A stretch of DNA of 64,000 nucleotides, taken from Marsupella aquatica (Eukaryota > Plantae > Marchantiophyta). Where the stretch lies: NCBI GenBank assembly GCA_973895155.1, contig OZ316895.1:6808184-6872183 (forward strand), read 5' to 3'. This document shows, in pieces, positions 25,250 to 44,095 of this stretch (positions are counted from its first letter, which is position 1; each line of letters starts with the position of its first letter). The notes beneath the pieces were generated by a model, which had not been told where the DNA came from, ran no database searches, and worked only from the letters and a program-made list of their open reading frames with translations. A program made the position numbers and the translations under genes.

Positions 25250-25960
25250 GGGATCAGTTTAAGCTAGTAACTTAAATCTACATGATTGAGGCGCAAAGAC
25301 CATCGAGCACAGAAAAAAGCATCATTTGGATACTACAGGTCAAAAGGAATCATTTTTTGGTGCATGCTGATTACGTTCATTTGGCAGGCCAAGGAATCTT
25401 TCTATGGTGCATGCAATAGGATTCATCTGTATGGGAGAAGAAATGATTTTGTAGTGCATGTGCAACAAAAAAGCTCTGCACAACGATGTGTTCATAGTAT
25501 TACAAGGCAAGTTACGCCACAGGTGTAAAATTTACTGTTTTGGCATCTATGAAATGCATGCTTGCATGTGTAGATCCGGTGGAACACTCCCTTCGCTTCA
25601 TGGAGATCGAGATAATACCATAATTTTTGGAGTACTGTGAAACACATTGTAATCAACTTCAGGAAATTCAAGCATGCTAATCAGAACACCAATGGGGCGA
25701 TTGAGAGGTGGCACATAACTCTGAAATGATACCTGTGTGAAGAGAAGTCAACATACCAAGGTAGGCTGCAAGGTTGTTTGGCTTCTTGACCAACTGGTTA
25801 ACAAGCTTGACTACAATCACTGGTGTATGTCTTGTATGAAGTGGCAGGGTCGGGTGTGGACTTGCAAAATTAAGGACATCATATGGAAAGGCATCTTGAA
25901 GGCAAGGACAATTCACAATGACGATGTTAAGTATGAGGATGGTGGCACGGTGGCCTAGCA
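25250..25960 (+). mobile_element. Decayed Mutator-like (MULE) transposase fragment
   Basis: Across frameshifts and stops it reads LLFWHL (degenerate CxWH motif), HANQNTNGAIERWHITLK (TNxxxExxH catalytic-Glu motif), then VVWLLDQLVNKL...HW. Confidence 0.6.
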
Positions 25961-26954
25961 TCATGCCATATCTTTTTTGATTTGAAGACAAATTCCATGA
26001 ATAAAGTTTTATTTCTTACACAATAAGATGATGTGTGCTTGGTGTGAATGGTTTAGGAGATAAATGAGTTTTTATGTGATCATGTCTCCTCTATTGGTAG
26101 GGACTAAGCAATAGGTTTCTTAAAAGGTATGCTAGAAAAGACACAGAAAAGCTTGACTGTTGGGTGTCAGTTTTGCAGGCTTAAAGTATTACATGTGCAT
26201 TGTGCATTGGTATCAAGTATCCTGTCTGACAAAAAAGAATGTACCCAAAACATCCAAGTACAGGTCTCTTGAATCCAGAATGTTATCCATGCAAAGATAC
26301 ACAGGAAATCTAGAGAACAACCAGAGAACCCATCAAAATAAAAAGTAATAGTAGAGGGGCAACCAAAAGGGTGGGGTTTTAAGGGCTGCCCAGGCATGGG
26401 ATAGCCAGTGGCAACAAGGGGACCGGAAAAGGCCCTGGCCCGAAACTAAAGTGGGACCCAAAAATGGGGAGTCTTTTGGTGGGGGAGACAACAGGGACAT
26501 GTCTCCCCAAATCTAGAAGGGAAGCAGCTCACCTACATAGGCCCTGGACTAAGTCTCAAATATTGCCTTGTGTGAGTGCCCTCTAGAAGATCACAAGATT
26601 TGGCTTGAGATAAGGTGTAACCAATGTGAGAGTAGTGGTTGCAAGGTCACTGGTTTCTTCACAGGGTGGACAAATTTTATCTCCTGGAGCAGTGTGTGAA
26701 AGTGACAGACTCATTGGAGAAACAAAATTTTGTAACATTGGTTATAGAACGGAAGTATCCATTCAACGAATAAATCGATACATCCGGGACAGTTGATCTG
26801 TTTTCTTTTATTATGGAAGTTAAACCACACTTGCCCCTATAAAGGGCTACGGGTAACCCGTAGCTCTCATTCTAAGGAGTACAAGTTCAAAAATTGGTTT
26901 TGAGCTCCACAAAAGGTGCTGACTGCAAAACCTTTGTTTGGCAACTACTCCACA

Positions 26955-27158
26955 AAATGTGCTAGTGTTCCACCTTTTATGGTGAATAATGAGACATGGA
27001 ATGAGGCTTTTATAGTGGCAGGAAATGTGCTAGTGTTCCACCTTTTATGGTGAATAATGAGACATGGAATGAGGCTTTTATAGTGGCAGGAAATGTGCTA
27101 GTGTTCCACCTTTTATGGTGAATAATGAGACATGGAATGAGGCTTTTATAGTGGCAGG
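26955..27158. repeat. Three identical 68-bp tandem units downstream of UXT
   Basis: AAATGTGCTAGTGTTCCACC...TATAGTGGCAGG at 26955, 27023 and 27091. Confidence 0.95.
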
Positions 27159-27371
27159 TGTGATTTAACCAGATATGAAGATTTTGAATCTTCAAGACAT
27201 TAAGATTATAGATTATTCAATATTGGGCCGGTTTCCCAGTACATACCGAAATTTCATGAAAAAAGTAGTATCGGAATTGGGAACATGAGAAAAAAGGTAA
27301 ATACAGGTTCGAAAAGGATCTTAGAACCTCATATTTAGTTGCGGTCTTACAAAAGCAAAAGAAGTGATTAT

Positions 27372-28999
27372 CTACCGCTCCTCGGGAATTTGCATCAATT
27401 CTCTAATGCCTTCCACCACCTGCTCCAGAACCAGGCAAAATGGTTACAAAAATGGCAGTGTCTCAGGCCAAAACTCTTTCTGGCCATTTGAGAAGGGGGA
27501 AAGATAATACAATAATGAGATCTGCAGATGGGCAATCCAAATGAAAGAACATTAGCCAACCAATGTACGAACAGTGAAGCAAGGCGCCAGAATCATACCA
27601 ACTTAATGTGCGCTTTTATTCTTGCAATTTGCTGAGAGTGGCGCTCCACTTCTCTGTGTCAACGAAAACCCAGACAGACTGAAGTGAGTTTAAACCACTC
27701 ACTTGTCAAACCACTCACTTGTCAAACTGCTAGCAAAGTCAAGGGTTATGACCCACAGCATGCCACTAAGAAGGTCAGCTGGAGAAAACCGCACAGAAAG
27801 CAAAGATCTTTTGGAATCTCACTTCGTCAACAAGACCTGCTTGGTGTCAATGTATCTCAGCGCTTCGTCTAAGGTGAATTCTGCGTGAAAGCCCAATCCG
27901 ATGTCCACGAGTACTCGAGATGTGTCTGGACTGCAAGGTAGGAGTCAATCCAGAAAGAGTAAGAACACCATTGCTCATTTACTTGGCGCTGAATCCAACT
28001 CCCACTTTGAGCCCAACGTGAATTTCCACAACCACCTCAGCAACAAATGCAATAATCTATGTAGTGTTGGCCAGACTCTGTTCATTGTGGTAGCTTAAGT
28101 TCATCAGTCAGATACTCACACATGGCCAAAACCACGAACGTTCAAGCAGGATGAGACTCTAGCACCAGAGAGTAGGGGCACCGGAATCAAGAACGGATCA
28201 CAGGTCCGCTATGAGAAATTGGGAAATGTTTCAGATCTCCGCCACTGCAAATTTCAGTACAGATGTAAAACTTACACTTCAGCGTTAACGTAGACCTCCG
28301 AACCAAGATTGACCATTGTTTTGAGTTTCTTTAGTCCATTCTCTTGCAGCATCTGTATGTTCTTGGCCAAGTCGGAGCTGTGTCGGGTCAAGGAGTTCAC
28401 AAGCTTTCAAGATTTCCTGCCGATGTCCATATTACACAGACTGATCTTTAAAGCACATGCATTTACTATACACCCGGTTTTAACTTCTAACCCTCTCTGA
28501 CACACGCAAGTCCACATCCTGATCCAAAAGTAGCGTTGGGTGTCCTATCTCAGTATTCTAGACATCTCCCACGAGAACAGAGTAACTAGTACAAACTCGA
28601 TGCGGCACTGCTGCGGATGTTCGAATTCAAAAGGATACAAAATCCTTTGTTGCTCGAAAGTTTTATCCCTGAGCACACAAGAATGATGAAACGAGCTAAC
28701 AGTGAATGCCATTACTGGATTAAAATCTATCCTGGCGGATATGGACTGAAGTCTAATGGAACAGAGACAAAAATAAAATCAAGAATCGGCCATCTCTGAG
28801 CTAGTTGAGACGATGCACTCGAATATTCACAAGACACAAGTCCAGCTTTGCTTTCAATTTCGGAGTCTGTCAATCGATGACGCCTACACAACAAAATAAA
28901 CTCAATTGCATACCTTAACGAGATAGCGTGAACTAAATCAGGCTTCAACCTTGCGTCCACAAAGGTTTCATACTTCTGAATCTTTGCCTGCGCCATCAT
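27372..28999 (-). CDS. UXT: UXT homolog (prefoldin alpha-like subunit), 142 aa, six coding exons
   Basis: Exons 28999-28914, 28668-28639, 28377-28276, 27930-27823, 27653-27599 and 27419-27372 splice in frame to give KIQKYETFVDARLKPDLVHAISLRDKTFEQQRIFSDLAKNI...LKTMVNLGSEVYVNAEVPDTSRVLVDIGLGFHAEFTLDEAL...IKAHIKLVVEGIRELMQIPEER*. Confidence 0.94.
28378..28638 (-). other. U12-type (minor spliceosome) GT-AG intron in UXT
   Basis: 5' splice site GTATCCTTTT. Branch-site sequence TCCTTGAC (28394-28387) is followed by only 9 nt (CCGACACAG) to the end of the intron. No polypyrimidine tract. Confidence 0.9.
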
Positions 29000-30224
29000 T
29001 AGCTCATATCTGCAACAGCAATAAAACTATCATTTCCACACCCGTGCCTTTCATGCTCTACCTTCACTTGCCGAATTCTACCAGTAGTAGCAACATCCCT
29101 TTCGGTGCTTGACCTCCCATACCCTACAATTTGAGCTCCTGAATTCTAAGGCAGCAGAGGATAGATTCCCATACTTTAATGCCGAACCTGATCTCTGTCG
29201 AAGAAAAGGTACCCGGAAACCCTAAATACTTCTTTGGCTCCGGGGGTTCTCGGGCCGGCTCTACCTACGATTTACTTCGCCGAAATTGCTGAGAAAGAAG
29301 AGATTTCACAGGTGTTTTATGTACCCAGAAAGCTTTTTGTCATGAACTAAGCCTCCCAAGCAAATTTCGCAATCCCGTGTATGACGTTTAAAGGGTCCCA
29401 TCCAATTGATCCGTGGGAAATTGGAGCATTGGATTCCCCTACAATGATCCACACTGTCTGTTCTGGTCTGTTCTGGTTCAAAACAATCTGTTGTCGTAGT
29501 TGCGTTCTTTCAGCCGCTGTGTGAGGGGAGTAAGCTTGATTGCCATCTCCTTCCCCTTCACACCCTCCCTCCCTTCCTGACTTCACTGCCGTAGCCCTAA
29601 ACCCACTGCCCTTCCCTCGATTCAGTTTAAGTATCCTGAAAACTCGAAAACATACAGCACAGGGCTCGAATGTGGGCACATTCAGGTGAATTTTTTCAGA
29701 AAAAGCGAGCTTGGAAGTCACGAGTCACAAAACTCTCAGGGGTTTGTCAATTCCACCTTCGCCCCTGCCTAAACCTTCTCATAGGCAGTTTCAGCCATTG
29801 TGGGGGACAGGTCAATGATTCAGCCTCCCTCAAATTTCAATAATCAGTGATTTAATTCGTTTTATTCTATTAATCCTAATCCAGAAACCCTAAATTACAT
29901 ATCCCGTGAGTCTTTGTTTCCTCTTTTTTTTATTCCCCCTCAGTCTTGCCTCATGGTTTTTCCCTTTTTTCATTCCCCCTCAGTCTTGCCTCATGGTTTT
30001 TCCCTTTGATTCTTCCATCTCTTTTAACTAATTGGCTTGATGAGGGTCATCAAAAAGTATTCCGAAATCCATTCTTTTCCAGATTTACTATGTGGGTGGG
30101 TCCAAAAGTACGTAGGTAGCAATGTACAAAAAACTAAGCCCAAATGGGCTTGAGACAACAAAATTATGGCAAAAAATCTCTATAGGGCAGGTGCATCTTG
30201 GGAGATGTACCCCAGTAGCACCTG

Positions 30225-30740
30225 GAGGAACTCACTTTATGGCTCCCATCACTTGTGACATTTTGAGGCCTTGTACCCCCTAAATAATAAAAAATTTAAA
30301 ATTGTTTGACTCCTATTAACTTAAAATATTCTTGAAATATTGCCAAAATTTTATGAGAATATATGGTCTAATAAGTCTCAAAACTGGATTTATATAAATA
30401 CCCTCATATTGTTCCACAATTTCTTTAAAGTTTTCCCTTCGAACCAACCTCAGGGGTAAGTTTCACTTCCATAAAAATGACACATCATGTACAACAAAGT
30501 ATATGGTCATTTTATTGGTTCGAAGACAACTTAAGAATTTTGTCACTAGAACAATATGGTCATTTAAATCCAATTTTGAGACTTATAAGTCCATTATTTT
30601 CTTTTTAATCAATTTTTAGAACATTCAAAGAATATTTTAACTTTATAGGGGTCAATTTGTTTCTTCTTATATTTTAGGGGGTCCTAGGTCTAAAAATGTG
30701 AAAGGTGATGGGGAGGCCTCCATATAGTGAGACACTCGAG
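30225..30740. mobile_element. Foldback (long-TIR) non-autonomous element; a single arm also occurs at ~24880-25160
   Basis: Left-arm motifs CCCATCAC, ACCCCCTAAA, TAAGTCTCAAAA and CTTCGAACCAA are mirrored in reverse order by TTGGTTCGAAG, TTTTGAGACTTA, TTTAGGGGGT and GTGATGGG. Confidence 0.7.
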
Positions 30741-32103
30741 GAACCAACAAAATGACCTTATGCTTCATTGATTGCACAGTCATGAAATATCTATTTGTTG
30801 TATGGAAACAACCCTGGGCTCTCAGTCTTAACTAATATGCAGAGCATGTGCAAACCCTTGAAGGTTGGTTTTTTTATAGATTTTGAACTAATAATTATTA
30901 AATATTACCGACTTAACAAAATAATTTTTTATAAAAAAAAGGAAATAACAAGGGGTAAGATCGAGGGATAGGGTTACGATTGCAGGGGTTCACTAATTTT
31001 ACTTGGACTGAGGGTCCAGGGGGAAACAATGTCTTAAAACCCCCAAGAGTAGCATGGAAACAACATCAATCAATGAAGGAGGGTTTCATGACAAATCAAT
31101 CAAATACGTCAATCAATAACTCAGATCAAACGGCTAAAGATAATAAAATTTGTTGGTTACAAGAGGTTACCTAAGTAATCAAGTAAAGAGAGTAACTAAA
31201 CTAAGTAGTTATTATAACTCAAAAGTAAATGAATTGGTTACAAGAGGTCTATTAATAATAAACACTAGCCCGATTACCCTTTCCTTGAATGTAAAAAGAT
31301 ATGAAGAAAAAAATTTGAAGCTGCTATATGGCAAACACCTTCTACCCCATTTTGTCCTATTAGAAGAATAAATACTGAATTTTCTTTTAAATCCAGCCTA
31401 GTCTATCATTTCACTTCGTATTTGGTTTGAATTCAACAATTTTCTAACCCCTTTAATTATTTCAAGTCCATGATTTTTATTTCATATGTTAGGTTTTCCT
31501 ATGATAGTTTATCATGTATTTGATGAGATTTTTATTCTGTCATTCCTTCTCTATGGCATGACAAGGTTAGACTCACCACGATGCACTGGTACAAAAACCA
31601 GCCATGCCCAGTATGTCATATCTCCATTGGTGAAAAACTTTCCAACCCTTATGGTTTAGAGGTTAATAGGTGTCACCTAAATAATGAATCTCACAATAGG
31701 AGCCTAAAAGTAGAGTACAAAGCTAGAATACAAATCTAGCATACTTATCTATTAACCACAAAGTATTATACCGTTAAGGTACTTTGACTTATAAATTATG
31801 TACTTGTTTTTCACCTAAAGCGTAAGGTAATTTATTCACTTTAAAGGTTAAATTATGTATTTGTCTTTCACCAAAAACGTGCAACATTTTTGGTGTGCAA
31901 CATTTTTATTCCATTTATTTCTTTGAATCATTATTTTAATACATTTGAATACGAATCACTATTTTAATACATTTGAATACGATGCTATAGCTGCTATTTG
32001 ATAAACCATTTAAATTAATTGGTAGTTTACATAGGGTACAATTGACATTATTGTCAATAAGTTAAAATAGGTGTGTCTCAAAACCAAGCTGTTATTTTAG
32101 CCC

Positions 32104-32217
32104 AATTACCCGTTCCTTGAAAGTAAACAGTCAGATATGAAGAAAATTGCACAATTATACAATTACCCGTTCCTTGAAAGTAAACAGTCAGATATGAAGA
32201 AAATTGCACAATTATAT
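32104..32217. repeat. Two-copy tandem duplication (57 bp)
   Basis: AATTACCCGTTCCTTGAAAGTAAACAGTCAGATATGAAGAAAATTGCACAATTATA occurs twice. Confidence 0.9.
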
Positions 32218-33819
32218 TTCTATGCTATTTCATTAATCCTCATTTTAAGTGTTTTTTAATTAAGATTCATGATCACTTTTGTCTGTAATGGGGTTAAGGG
32301 TTACGGTCTAGAGGCTTCAGTCTAGACCCTAGGCCCTAGACTTTTATAGTAAGATGATTGAGCCTATGTCAAATCTCAACAATAATTGGTGATTTATTCC
32401 ATTTTGTAAGGGAATTGAGATTGCAGAAGACTCAAGCGTCTACGAGGGAAAATATGTGGGAGCCACCTAATATTTACTTGTAAATATTAGTAAAATTACA
32501 GAGAACCTCAAATCTTTCTTTGTCTTCGAGGCATCCATAGGATCTTTAAAGATCTGGCCAAATCTAGCTAGAGGGAAGGGCAAATTTTTACAACTTTTGA
32601 TTAAAATTAATTTGTTCCTCTTTTGCTAGGAGATGGAAAAGGAAACTAAGATCTTGGCAGTATTTTGCCAAAGGATTAAAAAACTCACTGTCAACAACAA
32701 ATTAGTTCGTGGACCCCTTGGCTAATAAAATCAGAGGGAAGAGTCGATCTGAGTCGTCTCCATTTCTTATCTCCGGAAATCTCGTCCGTCCATCATAATG
32801 GCCAATCTATGGCTCAAAAGAAAGATCTCAAATAGATCTATGGATGGGTTCTGTCCGTTTTGCAAATTGGGTTAATATTTTTCAAATGAAAAATTAAACA
32901 AATCCAAGCCTTCCTAGCCGTCGATTTTGTTGATTTTACGATCTTTGCCGTCCATTTTGTAATGCCTCTAGAAATCTTATTCATCCATGTTAGAAGGCGA
33001 TCTAGGGTGCAAAAGAAAGATCTCAATGAGATCTACGACTGGGTATTTTTTGTTTTGAAAATGAGTAAATAGTTTTGAGTATAAAATTCAATGAACTTTC
33101 AAGATTCCAGCCATTCCTCCTCCCTGATCCTGGGTTTCTATGTACTCTTCCCAGCATTAATGGCTGTACAATATGAGAGGTCCTTATATACCGAGAGTTG
33201 AGGTTTAATAAGGAAGTTATCAAATTAGTTATTAGTAATTATTTATTATATGAAAAATATTTTTTATAAATCTTTGAATTTAAGTTTTTAAGTTGGAAAT
33301 GTAACTAAAATGGTTACATAGTGACAGTTTTAAACTTCTTGTTCTTTGCATTTCCAATGTTTTTACTTTTCTTCTTACGGCGTGGCGTATCAAAATTTAC
33401 ACCCAAATTGACATAAACACGAATGAAAAGTATAAGTTGATTCACAAAACTGACGAGTCTTGTTTGTTGCGGTTGTTGTTGACGTGACAAGTTATGGTGC
33501 CAGGAATTTTGGAAAGGACCTCTAGTTGGGTCCATAACAACAATATATTCATTCAAACTCAAAAGACAAAATAAAATAAAAATTTAAAATCTAAATTATA
33601 CACGAGATGCACCTTGAGCTACATTGAAATAAAAATACACAATTGGATCCAGCCATACATTGATATAAACGAAGTAACTCGAACCCAACAGCAGATCCAT
33701 GATCGGCACCAATGGTCATTGAGCCGGCCATCGGTATAAAGGAAGTCACTCCTACCCACAAGAGTTCTCGCAAGAGTTCCAAGATGAATCGCTAAGAGTA
33801 ACAGCTGCACTAGATAATT

Positions 33820-35120
33820 TTGTAAGATGCGAGTGATATAAGGTTGCTGCCAGCCAATATTTCACACAGACTGATAGCAGGAGTCTTGCCATAGGTTTGA
33901 AGAGACTGATGTTTACAGATCGTTCTCATTAAAGTACTAGCTTTGCACGGCATTGTGGTTCGGACTTACAAGAGACCTTCATCAAACTTGTCAATCGAAA
34001 CGTTATCTGTCGCCAATCAATACGTCACACTTTCAAAGGACTCTCCAAGCTTAATCCGGCTCACATGATGGGCTTAACTAGATATTGACGTGATTAACGA
34101 CAGTAGTTCGAGAATCTATAATGGTCATACAGCTTGGTGACACTTCTTGAACCTAGCCTTTTTTCCTTAGATGACATGATCAGCACATGTCAGTCAAGAC
34201 TTTCCAATGAACCTCACCTCGTTAGTAGCTGCGGAGGTCCGCACCATGGGTTGCCTGGCCGGGCATCTGCAGCTTGGCTTCCATCCCGTAGAGATTCCAA
34301 GCGAGAAGCGACAACAAAGCCAGACTGTAGCCGACGGACGCCCCGATTGGGTGTCAAGGCTGGGAGCAATTGCTCGGTGCAAGTCTTGAGGCGAAGGCAA
34401 TGTGTGACAGCGAGCAGTGGAGTACGTATAATTTTACGCCACTTCAATTATCTACATTTCAAATCCCTGTCATTGCAAGGAGTCTTCTTGGTGTCCAGGG
34501 AGCCTCGCAGAGAGCTCGCGTTCAACACAGACTATGAGAAACGGTGCCGTGAGCCAACTTCAAAGGACTGAGTTGAATAGAAATAGAAGTCACGTGCAAC
34601 GGACAATTGCCAGATAACTGGTCCTGCCTGCAAAATATTGATCGAGTACAGTGTCACGTACAGTCACGTACTCGGATCTCCTCGTGGATGGCTACCGAAG
34701 AAGCAAAGAGTGTCCATCGCTCAACTACTCGAAAGTTTTCTTAATTTAAAAAGTCCTCTTAATGTAAGCTTGACGTGAAGTGATCAGGTCAACGATACTG
34801 TTCCAGTTTTGATTTTAGCATTAGTAGCAAACCTTTAGTCTTGTTTGTTGACTTGATTAGTTCACTGTTAAATAAGTTGTCGATCATAAGTTGTTCGCGG
34901 ACAGATGGTAGGCTAAAAGTAAGAACTTATATATACAATACCCTGCGACTTCTGTTGTTCTCTATACATCCAGGCAGCGTGGGTCCAAATCTGGCCAAGT
35001 AAAGTACGTTGTTAGTTACTCATCTTTGCAAAACCATATTTTAAATTGCTCGTCCTGATGATATCTTTCGAACTTTTATATCACCATGTATGCTCTTGCC
35101 AAAACTATGTTGACAACTTT
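33820..35120 (-). pseudogene. Degenerate copy of the subtilase upstream region, exon 1 and part of intron 1
   Basis: Colinear with ~41680-42990. The exon-1 equivalent (34344-34218) has GGG in place of ATG plus a frameshift, but keeps ...TSAATNE followed by a GTGAGG donor. Confidence 0.8.
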
Positions 35121-36115
35121 ACAGGATCTATGGCCGGATAGATGGCCCTTGTTAGATTTTGAAATTCTGCTCGTTAACTTTTTATTCTCGTTTTTCGAAT
35201 GTGTATCTTGCTGACGTCCCCGGGGCTTCTTACAGTTGACTTGATTCTCGAATGTGCTAGATTCTTGGTCAACTAGGGCGTTTCGTAGGGAGGACACTTC
35301 GCGTGCGGACCGACTAAAATTGTGTATGAAAAGTCGTCAATAGTCCGAGAGTGAAATTAGCATCACAGTTATCATCAATTGCATCATATTATATCGTCAT
35401 GTTCTATAAGTTTACGAGTAGTAGAATTTGAACTTCCAACAGGCGTATCTTGAAAACGTTAGCAGATTGAAATTGATTGATGACTCATAGCTAATGTTAT
35501 GGTACAATCGTTTCCGTACAGTATTGCTGATATCTGAAATGATTTGCAAGGCAAGTACCCGTAAAGTCCAGTACAGGTAAACTCAAACGTAATTACAACA
35601 TTCTCCTCGCACAAATGGAAAAATGTCAGTGCGTTTCTGGATATTGTGAATAATGCTGTCATAGAAGAGTCCCGAGAAAAGTTTCACAACGATCCGAGAA
35701 AATTTCAAAAGAGTTGTTGGACTTGCGCACGATTGAAATCAGCCATTGCAAATATTTAACGCCCAGACTACGTTAATTCTTCTGGATTTGTCTGTACGCA
35801 GAACTATGAAAAAGTCACAAACGCTTGTGCGTTAATTGAAGCTTGGTAGCTAGTCTGATGCAAGTGGCCAAACGGTCTAGACCATATCTTTTATTAAGTC
35901 CGACGGGCAAAAATTTATTGCATTCCATGAAGGAAACCTTCGTTGGGCATGGCGTTTGCAGCGGGACCAGCCTTTTTTTGTTTGTTTGTTTCAGTTGCTT
36001 CGCCTTAGTTAGATGCTATTGACTGAAACAGATCTAGATTAGAGGCTGCATGAAGTTAAGAGGCTGGGATCCAAATGGAAGAGTTTCGGTGCCTGTCCCG
36101 TATACTTATTTTCCT

Positions 36116-36298
36116 TTCTAATCTCATGGCAAATGAATCTCTAGTTTGGGACCTGGACGTTAACCTATCCCTGACCATGTCCGTCTCTATTCCTCTGACC
36201 AAGGTGTTATTTGCTAATCTCATGGCAAATGAATCTTTTGTTTGGGACCTGGACGTTAACCTATCCCTGACCATGTCCCTCTCTATTCCTCTGACCAA
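36116..36298. repeat. Two-copy tandem duplication (96 bp)
   Basis: CTAATCTCATGGCAAATGAATC...CTATTCCTCTGACCAAG occurs twice. Confidence 0.9.
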
Positions 36299-37278
36299 GT
36301 GTTACTACACGGCTACATTGACAAACTCGAACCCAGTAGATTAAAGTCCAAACAATAACTTTTCACCATCAAATGATGAAGACGAAACTAGTTGGTTCTG
36401 TCCGAAACTGTCTTTGATGTGGCTGGCGGCATTGCCGAAAAGCAGAAGGGCACTTGTGTTGCAGTGGAATATATTTGGAGTTTGAGAGGAAAGAGTTCAC
36501 CCTAGATTAGATTTTAGATTACAATCGATGGCGCCCTGGAGCTGGAAGGAATACGGGATGTTAACTTTAATTGGCCACAGCTAGAGCCATGGAAGGTCTT
36601 ACAGCTGTCACAAATGTTGCGAACACGTTGAAGCTAGGGGCCAAAATATGCAACAAAAGCCAGAAATGTTGCGAAGTTCAACGGTGCCGTCTTACAGTGC
36701 CGTGAAAGACACAGTTATTGGTAAACTCTCTAATTTGACAAACACCTGAGTAGTTCATGACCGCAACAAGGTATCATTCAACCACATTAAATTCTTGGTT
36801 AAAGCCCCTAAAAGAAAAGATTACCTGAGTAAGCTCCTAACAAGGTAGCACTGACTGAAACTTAACACATCTCTTTAATTCAAAACACGAAAGGGCTACG
36901 TCTCTATAGCCGCACTTCGGTGGGGCCAACTTTTTACCCTTGCCTGTCACTGCCCAGATTATAAGGGGACGGCCAATTTCCATGCATAAAGGGACGGGCT
37001 GCGTCGTGAGTCCCACATAGTTTCAGTTGCAGCACAAGCTAGCTGAGTGGATGTCAAATACAATATCTTGTCACGGGCAGAGCTATGGGGAACCTTAGGG
37101 CTGAAATGCTGATTAAGCGTACTATAAATAGATTCTCTAGCTATCCATCGCCAGTCATGCAGTGTCTAGTTTGGGACTGTGGACATTCGAGATCGATCAG
37201 AAAACGCTGTTTTAGAAGGGCAGCATCCAATTTTAAGCCCGGGACTCAAGTGACAGTTGGAAAAAGAAGCGCTGTGCA

Positions 37279-42217
<4,939 letters not shown>

Positions 42218-43862
42218 GATTGCGTTAACCTCGGGTGTCAAAGCTGGAAGCAATTGCTCGGCGCAAGTCTTCATGCGAAGGTATTGTTTGACAGCGAGCA
42301 GCGGAGCACGTATAATTCTATACCAGTTCAACTACATTATAAACCTTCTGTCATTGCAAGGATTGCATGTTCTCCTGGTGTCCAGAGAGCCTCGCAGAGA
42401 GCTCGCGTTCAGCCGGCCCTGTGCCGAAATGGAATAGACTGATCTGAATATAAATACAGTCAAGTAGTTTACAACCGAATGGTATAGAATAGAATCGTCC
42501 AGCTTAGAAAATATCGAGTAAAGTGTCAAGTACTGTTCCGTACTCATATCTACTCGTGCATGAATACCGAGGAAGAAGAGAGTGTGAATCGCTCAACGAC
42601 TGGAAAGTCCGTAATGTAAACTTGACGTGAATTGCTGCAGGCAATCTTGCATATCCAGTGTTGACTTTGAATTAGTAGCAAACATCCTGTCTTGTTCGTT
42701 AGCTTGACGAGTTCATCGCTTAATGCGTTGTCGGTAATGAGATGCCCTCGGACAGAAATCGGACAGGTGGTAGACTAAGAGTAACGAACTTGTGAATGGC
42801 CTTCTTTTGTTCTCTATCCAGGCGGCGTGGGTCCAAAACAGGCCAAGTAAATTAACTTGTTAGTTACTCATCTTCGCAATTGCATATTTTAAATTGCTCC
42901 TCCTGGTGGCACCCCTCTTTCGATATTTTCTTCTCACCATGCTCCTGCCAATAATATGTTGAACTTTTACTTGAATGGATACTAAATTCTGGAAAAGTGA
43001 TTGAACGGGAAATTATTTTAGTTGGCATTGATAATTTAGCCAGTGTCTCCCTTTTTATGGCAAGTGTGGCCAATATGAGCATGCGTGGAAATCAAAAAAT
43101 TTAAAAATTTTTAAAATGAGCATGCGTGAAGGAGAAGATGCTGATAATATTATTTATCTGATTCTTAGATCTCCTATTTAAGGATGACCATTAGATTTTG
43201 GCTGATGGGTATGTGACTAGGTGGGAACTGGCTTATAGTACACATAAAATCTAATAAATTTTCACCAAAAGTGGCAAAAAGTTTTTGGAGAGGTGAAATC
43301 TAGCTAGTTTTTGTCATATCCCATGCACAATGCTTGATTTTTGTCTTGTAGTGATTTGTAAGTAGGATAAAGTATATATGAGAGTAGACCTATTGTACAC
43401 ATTATTGTACACATTAAGAGTGAGTGGGATAAAATAGTACAAGTAGAGCACATGCAAAGAAAAACACATAATGACCAATCAGAAGTACAGCTGAGTTCTA
43501 TGTGAGAAGTGCAATCAAGTTCTGTGGCACAAAGGTACTAAGATCTGTGCACTTCTTAATGACACCCAATCATATGAAAACCATAAACTTAGGAAAGAAT
43601 AGCATGAGAGGAACTTAAGACACTATGTGTCCAGGTTGTTTAGAATCATTTCTCACTCATGAGAACAATTTATACTTGAAATCTAAGAGATAACAAAAGT
43701 AGAAAATTAAGAGGGCTGCCAAATAAGTCCAAAATACTCTTGGATATCCAAAATTAAAGGGGTCCTAAAATGAATTGAAATCTAAATAACACAAATGATG
43801 CCCCTTGATAAGGCAAAATTGAAATAAAAATACCTGGCCTGACATAAACGATCATATGCCAC

Positions 43863-44095
43863 TAAAAAAACCAATTGTCATAGCCCCAATTTTGTGATGT
43901 AAGGTTTCCTTGAAGATGTTAAACGGCCAGTCACTGCCCCCAAAGTAAGAGAGGCTACCATAATGAGTCTATAATGCCAGTAAAAAAACCAATTGTCATA
44001 GCCCCAATTTTGTGATGTAAGGTTTCCTTGGAGATGTTAAACGGCCAGTCACTGCCCCCAAAGTAAAAGAGGCTACCATAATGAGTCTATAATGA
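43863..44095. repeat. Two-copy tandem duplication (118 bp)
   Basis: TAAAAAAACCAATTGTCATAGCCCC...ATGAGTCTATAATG at 43863 and 43981. Confidence 0.92.

Noticed and set aside
23168-27158. Repeat arrays as possible CRISPR loci
   Set aside because: The units are contiguous with no unique spacers, there are no cas genes, and the context is intron-rich eukaryotic DNA.
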